DNA of 32,366 nt from positions 1 to 32,366 of IMG/VR virus record IMGVR_UViG_3300031952_000085; one strand, given 5' to 3'. This document shows positions 24,845-32,366 of the stretch, piece after piece; position 1 is the stretch's first letter, and every line of letters begins with the position of its first letter. This DNA is from a virus (lineage: Duplodnaviria > Caudoviricetes). A program made the position numbers and the translations under genes. Below the pieces are notes generated by a model that was given only the letters and a program-made list of their open reading frames with translations, was not told the origin of the DNA and did no database searches.

Positions 24845-24971
24845 TATGGCGTTTACATTTAAGAGAAAGGGGGTGTCATCGCACTAATGTAGAAGATAAC
24901 TTGTGACAAATCACCCAGTCTTTACCAAGTATTCTAGCACAACCAAGCGGACCCGTTCCAGGAAGGCACCG

Positions 24972-25448
24972 ATGTCAGAACTCCATTCTACAAGCGAAGC
25001 TAGCGGCGAGAAAAAACTACAAAACCCTTTCTCTTTTTCTGATGATGATAGCAACCGGCAGCCACTGGCTGTAGTAAAGCCCTCCTTACCGGCTCGCGTC
25101 TGGAGGTCGATTGTAGGCTTCAGCAAGGAAGTTGTCGGGCAGCTCCTATCTCCTCAGTTCTGGGTTGGTCTGATCAAGAACGCGCTACGTGATGCTGTTA
25201 GCGCGATCCTGTACTCTTTCGGTGGGCGGTTTTTGCAAACCAGCGCAGAAACGGGGGACCCTAAGTTTAAAAGACAGACACAACCGTCTGCGCCACAACC
25301 CAGTGCCTATCCCCATGTACCCCATGGTGGACCAAGCGCCGGGTTCAACAACGGTTTTGCTGCAGCCCCCACGTACCGAGGTAACGAGTTCACACAGCCC
25401 ACACCGCCCTCTCCTAATCGCCCAAACACGCCAGGCAATTGGAGATAG
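24972..25448 (+). CDS. hypothetical protein (158 aa): central amphipathic helices and Pro-rich tail
   Basis: AGGAAGG SD before ATG 24972; followed by an intrinsic terminator; contains FWVGLIKNA. Confidence 0.7.
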   Translation: MSELHSTSEASGEKKLQNPFSFSDDDSNRQPLAVVKPSLPARVWRSIVGFSKEVVGQLLSPQFWVGLIKNALRDAVSAILYSFGGRFLQTSAETGDPKFKRQTQPSAPQPSAYPHVPHGGPSAGFNNGFAAAPTYRGNEFTQPTPPSPNRPNTPGNWR

Positions 25449-25488
25449 TGCTGCGGTAAACCGGCGGTCATCTGACCGCTAGTTTTGG

Positions 25489-25515
25489 CCCGAGCCCAGC
25501 TGCTCGGGTTTTTTT
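25489..25515 (+). terminator. Rho-independent terminator
   Basis: CCCGAGC-ccagct-GCTCGGG followed by T7, between convergent genes; a second hairpin GCGGTC/GACCGC at 25464-25479. Confidence 0.85.
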
Positions 25516-25517
25516 AT

Positions 25518-26138
25518 CTATCCGAGGGCACGGTAGAGGCCTTGTCCGCCAAGGATTATGCCCACTAACCCAATGCAAACGGTGGCCTGGAAGAAGGCCC
25601 ATTTCATAGAAGCCTGTGGCACCACAATGCCCACTGCGCCTGTCACCAGACAGAGCTGAAAGAGCATGGAGGCGAGGTCAAAGCAATCACCAGCACTCGC
25701 GAGCTGGTCTATTTGCTGCTCATACTCTTTTGCACCGACCAGCTGCCCCATTTTTCCGTCAACTTCCTGAGTCCACTGCTCTACAGGAATTTGCCGTGAA
25801 CCCATCAGGATCTCGCGTTTCTCGCTGTCGTAACGGTTGACCTTGCTCTGCAGTTGGCGCAAAAGTTCTGCCATATTACCGCGTTTGTCAAGAGCGATAC
25901 TGCCGGAGTTGATTAGGACTTTCACCAGATCCGCCTGCCCCTCGACAATCGTCCCCTTGATGCCCTTGCTCTGGTACCATTGCAGGCTGTTATTACGCAG
26001 GTTGCTTAGCTTGATCTCATCGGCCCCATAGTTACCTGACAAAAGATCGTTAACCCCCAGCGAGGCAGCGAAAATTGCTATGCAGAGCGGCAAGGCTAAG
26101 TCGAGCTTTTTCTGCAGCTGCCCAAAAACCTCCAGCAT
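25518..26138 (-). CDS. DUF4337-like membrane protein (three hydrophobic segments)
   Basis: Start ATG 26138 (GAGGAGG SD). IAIFAA, WYQSKGIK, RYDSEKREI, FDLASMLFQLCLV pattern. Confidence 0.7.
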   Translation of the reverse strand: MLEVFGQLQKKLDLALPLCIAIFAASLGVNDLLSGNYGADEIKLSNLRNNSLQWYQSKGIKGTIVEGQADLVKVLINSGSIALDKRGNMAELLRQLQSKVNRYDSEKREILMGSRQIPVEQWTQEVDGKMGQLVGAKEYEQQIDQLASAGDCFDLASMLFQLCLVTGAVGIVVPQASMKWAFFQATVCIGLVGIILGGQGLYRALG

Positions 26139-26148
26139 AAAGACCTCC

Positions 26149-26565
26149 TCAGTAATACCCGCCCACAGGCGCGGCACCAGCGTCAATGCGCTTGGCTTCC
26201 GGCGCATCGGTAATCTTGACGAGACCGTAGGCCCCCGCACCAAGCGCCCCAGCGCCAATAGCTGCCGTCCGCTTTAGCTGAAACAGGGGACTCTGTTGGG
26301 TTTTCTTATACCAGTGCAGGGGCATCATCAAACCACTGCCGGCAGAAGCACGGGCAGGCGCACCAGCAGCCGTGCTTGCAGCATTAGCAGCGGCGGCGGC
26401 AGTGCCCGCGGCTCTCTCAGATCGCATAGTGAGAGCCCGCCTGACAGCTGTGCCTGGGGAGCTACCCATAGCCTTTATTCCCGCGCGCCTTGCGGCCATC
26501 ACGCCACTCGCAACACTTGCGTGCTTTGCTAGGAAACCTCTTACGACAGCACTTTCGTTTGCCAT
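26149..26565 (-). CDS. Ala/Gly-rich basic protein with N-terminal GFLAKHA tag variant; probable internal virion protein
   Basis: MANESAVVRGFLAKHAS; C-terminal AAIGAGALGAGAYGL segment. Confidence 0.65.
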   Translation of the reverse strand: MANESAVVRGFLAKHASVASGVMAARRAGIKAMGSSPGTAVRRALTMRSERAAGTAAAAANAASTAAGAPARASAGSGLMMPLHWYKKTQQSPLFQLKRTAAIGAGALGAGAYGLVKITDAPEAKRIDAGAAPVGGYY

Positions 26566-26756
26566 GTTACCACCAATACAAGGCGTTCAGTTTGTCCAGT
26601 AAAGTTACCCTCTTCGTCAAAATGCTTATCCACAAGTTTTTCCTTTATCTCGCGGACTATAAACGCCAGAGGGTTATTTAGAATCGCATCATACGCGGCG
26701 AGATCTCTCTCGGTGTTCATATCGAATTGGGCCGTCTTGTTCCGCGTCGTGAACAT
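26541..26756 (-). CDS. hypothetical protein (71 aa) following the portal
   Basis: TAATG coupling with the portal stop codon. Confidence 0.65.
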   Translation of the reverse strand: MFTTRNKTAQFDMNTERDLAAYDAILNNPLAFIVREIKEKLVDKHFDEEGNFTGQTERLVLVVTWQTKVLS

Positions 26757-28705
26757 TAAACAGCTCCCTGCCTTCTTGGGGCTGACCGCTCAGGCAAAGG
26801 GTTCATGTTAATGCCAGCCGGTGGCTCTCCGGAAGGCGCGGCAATCTGGGTCTGAGGAACTTGAGCTGCCGGTGCCTGCCCGCCTGTGGATCCGGCTTGC
26901 AGTTCGCTCATCCGCTGCTCAATCTGGATGCCGATCTCCGGCATCTTAGTTTTTATCTCGGAGAGGGTCATAGCCGCTTGCCCTGGATCCATCTTTGCCA
27001 GCTGACTTGCCCAACTATCGACCTTCGCCATAACCAGCTCGTCCATAGGCTGCTCAGGCTGCTGCCCGCCGCCCGAAGGATCCATACCAGGATCGCCTTG
27101 GGCTGCCGCCGCATTAGGGTCCATCCCCGGCTGCCCTGGCATCGTGATGCCCAACCGCGAAGCCCGCTCCTGCGTAGCCAGTTGAGCCTTCTCCACATTC
27201 TCCTGCAGAGTCCGCTGGTAGTTGGACTGGATAAGCATGGCCTCGCCCTGACTCCGCGCGCTGCTTTTTGTCTGCAGGTCGGTCAGGTAGTTTTGAACGT
27301 GCTGCTCCTCGATCATCTTCTTGACTTCCTGGTCGTAGTCGTAGCCAAGTTCTGTGAGAAGAGTCTGATCGGAAACCTTGCGCTGAGCGTTAAGCCCAAT
27401 GAGCTGCTGATTCTTTTGAATGTCATCAGCCATCCGGAAGTCAGACATGCGGATGGTCTTGATGTCGGGAAGGGTCAGCCAAATGCGGATTTTGTCTTTG
27501 ATCCAAATCGTCAAATCCAGCATCTGACTGCGGTTTTGGATAAAATCGTTCTCGAGGGTTCGCAGGGAAACACTCGACCCCGTCCAATTGAGCCCGCCAA
27601 AAAGGAACTCTTGAGGTAAGCCAAGTCCGCCTACTATGGTCTGCGTGAGGTAGTTAATCTCAGGCGCGAGCAGCAGAGCCTTGCCATCGCCGCCAAGCCG
27701 ACCAAAGCCAATGGGTATAGGTATTACAGCCTTGAAGTTCGGATCGCGTCGGTGCTTGTTGATCACCGTTTCGATCTGAATTCGCCAGCTAGATAGGTCA
27801 GTATGGATATATGGATCCTGCTGCGCATTGGGCAGTGGGTAGATCAAATCGAATGGGACAATGTGCTCGAGCGCGATAGCCTCCTGCGCCCGCCGAAGGG
27901 TGTAGAGGTAGAACATGTCTTTGAGCACATGAAGAATCGCAGGCTTGCCCCAGCCCTGATCCTGCTCTGCGAGGGTCGGCTGCTTAAGATGCTTGAGACT
28001 GTCGGAGCTGAAGCGAATCATCCGGCGCTTTTTGAGGGCCTCAAGGACGATGATCGGCAGATCCTCAAGGATGTCTTTGTCACCGCGCTGGATCATATTT
28101 CTGAGCTTGCCTGGCACGGAGTACATGTAGATGTAGCGGCCGGTATACTCGTTGAATTTTATGTGGATGTTCTCAGGATTCCAGCGGATAAGCCGCAGCT
28201 CTTTCCTGTTCTTATAGGGCACATCCTTGACCTCAACCGCGCCGTTGCTACCGCACTGGCTGCAGGTTCCAGCGAAGTTATAGTCGCTGCCCCGAAACTG
28301 CCAATCCCAATTTTTGATAGGCGCGCGGAACTTGCACGATTGGCAAATGAGAAACCTAATGAAAGGGAAATGCAGTGAGACAAAGGCGTTGCCGTAGACG
28401 TGGTAGTCCAGGTTCACCTCCATCATTCTGTCTTTCATCTTGAGGTCTGTCAGCAGTATGGTATTCCATACGCTCCGATTAGCCTCGAGCCCATCCTCGA
28501 ATATTAGGTCCGTAATCGGATAGCGGCTGACCTTCTTCATCGCCGAGCCGATTAGGGGCGAGTTATAAAAATAGAATGTGCACCACCTGAAAAGCTCTTT
28601 GATCGTAGGCGGCATGTACTGCTGCGCAAGGTCAAAGAACTGGTTAGGGTATCTTTGGCTTCGGGAGTCGCTCAGAGACAGACTTGGCTCTATGTTTGGG
28701 GGCAT
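26756..28705 (-). CDS. portal protein with zinc-ribbon insertion and Gln/Pro/Gly-rich C-tail
   Basis: Portal-like DYHVYGNAFV, IRWNPENI, GWGKP, GLGLPQEFLFG, VSDQTLLTELGYD; CQSC...CSQC insert. Confidence 0.8.
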   Translation of the reverse strand: MPPNIEPSLSLSDSRSQRYPNQFFDLAQQYMPPTIKELFRWCTFYFYNSPLIGSAMKKVSRYPITDLIFEDGLEANRSVWNTILLTDLKMKDRMMEVNLDYHVYGNAFVSLHFPFIRFLICQSCKFRAPIKNWDWQFRGSDYNFAGTCSQCGSNGAVEVKDVPYKNRKELRLIRWNPENIHIKFNEYTGRYIYMYSVPGKLRNMIQRGDKDILEDLPIIVLEALKKRRMIRFSSDSLKHLKQPTLAEQDQGWGKPAILHVLKDMFYLYTLRRAQEAIALEHIVPFDLIYPLPNAQQDPYIHTDLSSWRIQIETVINKHRRDPNFKAVIPIPIGFGRLGGDGKALLLAPEINYLTQTIVGGLGLPQEFLFGGLNWTGSSVSLRTLENDFIQNRSQMLDLTIWIKDKIRIWLTLPDIKTIRMSDFRMADDIQKNQQLIGLNAQRKVSDQTLLTELGYDYDQEVKKMIEEQHVQNYLTDLQTKSSARSQGEAMLIQSNYQRTLQENVEKAQLATQERASRLGITMPGQPGMDPNAAAAQGDPGMDPSGGGQQPEQPMDELVMAKVDSWASQLAKMDPGQAAMTLSEIKTKMPEIGIQIEQRMSELQAGSTGGQAPAAQVPQTQIAAPSGEPPAGINMNPLPERSAPRRQGAV

Positions 28706-29544
28706 CAGACAAACTCCAGCGGGTAGCGATAGTCGAGGTCAACAAGGATATCCGTTATGAACTCGTACGCTTTGAGCGGCACAGTTATGCTTCGGTTAAA
28801 GCCTACGGCGCGTATCTCGAACTGTACCAGCGCACCCTGCAGAAGGGGGAGTGAAAAGCGACCGTCAGGCCCTGTGCGAGTGATTATTTCACCAAGAGTG
28901 ACTTGGGAAGCCTTTTCCGGGGAGTGCGGGAACTTAATGAGCCTCGCCTTGACCTCCGCATCTACGTAGCGAACCCCCTGGAGATCTGTAACAATTCCTT
29001 CGACGACGCAGATATTCCCTGTGTACTGAATAGCCTGCCTGTAGCCAGTTTTGAAGCTAAGGTTGCCAAAACTGTCTATGGTCTGGATCGCATAGAAATC
29101 CTGCAGCGCGCCATCGAGATCCTCAAACTCCACCAGCTCCTCTGGGTCGATGAGTGCCGGTATAGTTGCGATAATCTCATCCTCAGAGGTTTCCGTTATA
29201 ACGCGTGCTGTCGTACCGAGGTCGACTAGGGACGAGCCCCCTACAATTTCCACAGATCCTGGCGCTTGCCTGACATCGCTTCGGAGGAGGAAAGTCGCCC
29301 CCAGGTCAGCAGTATTCGGGTAGGCGCGGCCGCCAACGAGCACAAGATTGATCTGGTCGGGAACGGTAGCCACGCCGGAAAACGTAATCGTTTGGAGTGC
29401 GGTGCCATTCATCTTTAACTGAAGCGTCTTGCCTGCGACCGTTGCGGGAAGCGCATTGGTGGCGGTGAAGCCAATGATGCTTCTATAGATACGGTAGTGG
29501 GCCACATCCGAAGAGGGAAACGGTGCGAACTTGAGAATGTTCAA
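28705..29544 (-). CDS. putative virion structural protein with beta-sandwich (FN3 / carboxypeptidase-regulatory-like) domains
   Basis: DVAHYRIYRS; CVVEGIVTDLQG..TRTGPDGRFSLPL. TTG start 8 nt after GGAGG; stop overlaps the portal ATG. Confidence 0.65.
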   Translation of the reverse strand: MNILKFAPFPSSDVAHYRIYRSIIGFTATNALPATVAGKTLQLKMNGTALQTITFSGVATVPDQINLVLVGGRAYPNTADLGATFLLRSDVRQAPGSVEIVGGSSLVDLGTTARVITETSEDEIIATIPALIDPEELVEFEDLDGALQDFYAIQTIDSFGNLSFKTGYRQAIQYTGNICVVEGIVTDLQGVRYVDAEVKARLIKFPHSPEKASQVTLGEIITRTGPDGRFSLPLLQGALVQFEIRAVGFNRSITVPLKAYEFITDILVDLDYRYPLEFV

Positions 29545-29706
29545 TCAAGGTTCCTCCGGCGAGCCTGTGACCTGAAAGCCAACCACAGGAGGGTTTACAT
29601 AAAAAACATCAAAGTAGCGAATCTGGGCGCCGATCGACCCGAAGTTATCGCCAATCCCTGCACCATCAACAAACATGGGGATAACCCCAAATGGTAGAAT
29701 TTTCAT
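29545..29706 (-). CDS. small hypothetical protein (53 aa), missing from the ORF track
   Basis: MKILPFGVIPMFVDGAGIGDNFGSIGAQIRYFDVFYVNPPVVGFQVTGSPEEP*; ATGA overlap with the upstream gene, and its stop abuts the next start. Confidence 0.6.
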   Translation of the reverse strand: MKILPFGVIPMFVDGAGIGDNFGSIGAQIRYFDVFYVNPPVVGFQVTGSPEEP

Positions 29707-29960
29707 GCGAACTCCGTCTTGCCTTCGTCCGTGCGAAGAGTGTAGACAGTGCGGTGACCTGTTCTCGCCAGGTTGTTAGGCCAGCGAGCTTCTGCGATGC
29801 GCGTCCACGCCTCGAAGATAGCCCGCATCTTAACGTCCTCAATCTCAATAGTGCCGAGCGTCGTAGTATCCTGGCTGTCACGGAGTGTGATGGTCAGGAT
29901 GCCAGATATCTCGTTAACCGAGTAACGGCTTATAATTCCTATCTGACCTGAAAGATCCAT
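29703..29960 (-). CDS. hypothetical protein (85 aa)
   Basis: Tightly packed in the structural operon. Confidence 0.6.
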   Translation of the reverse strand: MDLSGQIGIISRYSVNEISGILTITLRDSQDTTTLGTIEIEDVKMRAIFEAWTRIAEARWPNNLARTGHRTVYTLRTDEGKTEFA

Positions 29961-29963
29961 CCA

Positions 29964-32366
29964 TCACCCCACGGTTATAAACGCCTGCTGAGTTACGACC
30001 GGTTGGCCCGCGACAGTAATCGACATCAGAATGTAGTAGCTGACGTCAGCCACGGCGACAAACGCATTTGTAAAGCGGAAGACGCCATCCGCGTTCGGAC
30101 TCGCCAGCGTTGCTGTCCATACCGTTGCCCCGATAGCCGTCTTGATAGTGATAGTGCAGGCGCTGGATACTGTGATTCGTTCACCAGCTTCCTCGGCCCA
30201 GACAATCACCTCCTGATCGGTGCCAGCGGAGTTCATGGTTGTCGACATGCGGCAGGTTCTGTGCGACTCGGTAATTGCAGCGATATCTGCGGAGACCGAC
30301 GCACCTGCTGGAGTGCCAATCTTCGTGTTGATTGCGCCAGTATCGACCTTGATATCGGCAGCCAGCTTGCCGAAAGTGCTCGCTGTAACATGACCAGCAG
30401 TGGCCTCATCCCATACTGCTGCGGCAATTACGGACGGCGACGCCCCGCCAGCAGCATCGCTAAGACTCTCACCCATCGACCCGACTGCGACGTGAGAGGC
30501 GTTCAGCTCGTTCCAAACCTTGTCGACAATCGCATCCTCTTGTGCACCCGAGATAACCGCATCCACCCGTCCTGAGGTGTAGACCAGCTGGTCTGTCTTA
30601 GCCTTGATCAAGTTTGCCGTTGTTTGCACAGCGGCGATATCCACCTGATTGGCGTTGATCTCGGTTGTAAGCGCCGCGTTTCCTGCACTCAATTGTGCGG
30701 TGGTAGCAAGCAGAGCCAAGTCACCAGTGGTCAGCGTGCTTCGCGTGGAGACATTGACGTCGAGCCTGTTCAGGCGAATGTCGCTGGTCAGAACAGGGTT
30801 AGTCGGCCGTGCAAGGACCGAGCTCTCTTTTGCGGGGTCGACTGGCAGATTGTCAGTCTTAGTTTTGATTCCGGTGACATTGAGAGCCACATTCGCTACC
30901 GCAATGGTGTTGGCGTTAAAGCCGGCTGACATTGCCGATGCGGAAGATGGGTCGGCAGGGAGGTTCGTTGTCTTGGCTTTTATAAGCGTGACATCTGCCT
31001 GAAGGGCATTGAGCTTGGCTTCGTTCTCGTTGGCTTCTGTGCTGACGAGAGTGCTGAGGGCGCCGAGGCTTGCCTCTTGTGCTACGCCGACGAGCAGGGA
31101 AGTTACCTGGCCAGCTGTGGCGCGGCTCGATACTGTTGCGTCCAGGTTGGTTCCGATGCGGAGCCCAAAGGAGCCAGGGACCGTCGCAGCCGAGGTCAGG
31201 AAATCCCAGATAGCCTGGATCGAGGCCGCCGAAAGGGTCGAAGCGGTCAGGGTGCGTGTTGCGTATGCCCAGACCGTAGCCGCGTCCAGAGTGCTGCGTG
31301 AGGAAACCGCGGCATCCAGGAAGTTGAGCCTTGGGTCGCTTGTCTGCATAACGCCTGTGAAGTCGATCTTATCGTAGACCTGGGTGTTGGTTCTATTTGC
31401 AGTCCCACGGATTGCATCACGGAGAAGATCCAAACGGGTTTGGATGGCTGTGATATCTGGTCGTGTAAGTACCGTAGCATTCACAGCTGATACTGAAGCC
31501 AGCGTCGCCGGGTCAACAGGGATGATGTCCGTCTTGGCTTTGACGAGGTTTATCAGGGTTTCGTTCTGGTTGATCTCAACAACAATGTCTGTCTGCCCTG
31601 TTTTGAGTGCTGCGAGACCATACACGCCGCTGTCCACCGATAGCTGGGTCGCAGATACTGTGTTCTGGACCGCAGTGAGCTGAGCTTGGATCGCGTCCAG
31701 ATCGGAGTCGAACTCGGTAATCTCGGTGACAGCAGGGACGTAGCGAGTGGCGCCGTTTTCAACAACAGTGGCCTCAACAAGCGCGGGGTAGATATCTGAG
31801 CCCGCCGAGATCACAAGGTTATAGAAGTACGCGCCGACCTTGACCCCGTCCTGGGTCATGGCCACATTCAGCACAACATCGACATTGGTATCCAGCCGGC
31901 GGATGCGAATGGTTGGTGCCGAGTCAGGCGCTTCTGGGAAGCCCACATCGTCGTAGAGCCGCAGGTGGATCTGGTAGTTCTTGTTGCCGGCGAGCGGCTT
32001 GGAAATGCGCTCAGGCACGATGAACCGCACGGTTGTGTTGTTCTGGATCGCACCAACCTGGGCGCTGACAGCATCGACCTTCCCGCTGACGACAGCTATG
32101 TCTGCGATGATATCTGCCTCTGCGGCAGTAAGCTGGATTGCAAGAGCTTCCAGAAGGATCTGGTTTTGGTCTATCTCGGCGATGACGGCAATTTTGCTTG
32201 CGTTGACTGCCGGGATGATCGCAGCAATGTTCGGATTCTGTGCGACTACTGCTGCTGTTGTTGCAGCCGTGGAGTTAGTGATCGTCGCCGACAGCGCAGC
32301 AAGGCCGAAGGATCCGTTAGTCAGCTGGCCTGTTGTAACGAGGCTCGATTGGTGGATGACCTGAGT
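29964..32366 (-). CDS. long repetitive fibre or decoration-like virion protein (at least 800 aa, 5' end outside window)
   Basis: Frame stays open for 112 codons upstream of 32030 to the window edge. Repeats IKAKTDxLPxDPA, LDAxVSSR, EINxNx, VW[DN]E; beta-rich Ig-like segments. Confidence 0.75.
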   Translation of the reverse strand, partial: TQVIHQSSLVTTGQLTNGSFGLAALSATITNSTAATTAAVVAQNPNIAAIIPAVNASKIAVIAEIDQNQILLEALAIQLTAAEADIIADIAVVSGKVDAVSAQVGAIQNNTTVRFIVPERISKPLAGNKNYQIHLRLYDDVGFPEAPDSAPTIRIRRLDTNVDVVLNVAMTQDGVKVGAYFYNLVISAGSDIYPALVEATVVENGATRYVPAVTEITEFDSDLDAIQAQLTAVQNTVSATQLSVDSGVYGLAALKTGQTDIVVEINQNETLINLVKAKTDIIPVDPATLASVSAVNATVLTRPDITAIQTRLDLLRDAIRGTANRTNTQVYDKIDFTGVMQTSDPRLNFLDAAVSSRSTLDAATVWAYATRTLTASTLSAASIQAIWDFLTSAATVPGSFGLRIGTNLDATVSSRATAGQVTSLLVGVAQEASLGALSTLVSTEANENEAKLNALQADVTLIKAKTTNLPADPSSASAMSAGFNANTIAVANVALNVTGIKTKTDNLPVDPAKESSVLARPTNPVLTSDIRLNRLDVNVSTRSTLTTGDLALLATTAQLSAGNAALTTEINANQVDIAAVQTTANLIKAKTDQLVYTSGRVDAVISGAQEDAIVDKVWNELNASHVAVGSMGESLSDAAGGASPSVIAAAVWDEATAGHVTASTFGKLAADIKVDTGAINTKIGTPAGASVSADIAAITESHRTCRMSTTMNSAGTDQEVIVWAEEAGERITVSSACTITIKTAIGATVWTATLASPNADGVFRFTNAFVAVADVSYYILMSITVAGQPVVTQQAFITVG

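Noticed and set aside
29964-32030. 688-aa ORF starting at 32030
   Set aside because: The frame is open to the window end, so 32030 is an internal Val codon.
1-32366. Alternative genetic code, integrase, transposase, CRISPR array, rRNA
   Set aside because: Long genes read through in the standard code with all three stop codons in use, and none of these elements was recognised.

Overview
This window is part of a large tailed-phage (Caudoviricetes) genome. It carries a gpA-type terminase large subunit, a portal, a gp5/VgrG-like spike, several other virion-type genes, SSB, HU and a cluster of small accessory genes. The centrepiece is an 8.56-kb gene for a single-chain, bacterial-type beta-beta' RNA polymerase. 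It is interrupted by two LAGLIDADG inteins, lacks the beta' N-terminal zinc domain, has a heavily altered rifampicin pocket, and reads NADFNGD at the catalytic motif instead of NADFDGD. The polymerase heads a tightly coupled operon: RNAP, a cysteine-free thioredoxin-fold protein, a poxvirus D6/D11 (VETF/NPH-I)-like SF2 helicase, an HExxH protein and a 369-aa protein. These four downstream products, plus other unrelated proteins in the window, share a short peptide, F-[WL]-x-G-F-x-K-x-A. My main inference is a virion-packaged transcription system whose components carry a common peptide address or maturation tag. Non-coding signals include a candidate phage promoter (GGTATAAGnnTTTTAG, two copies) and a dyad GTTAC/GTAAC array upstream of terL (candidate origin or packaging site). 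All family assignments come from reading motifs by eye; no searches were run.
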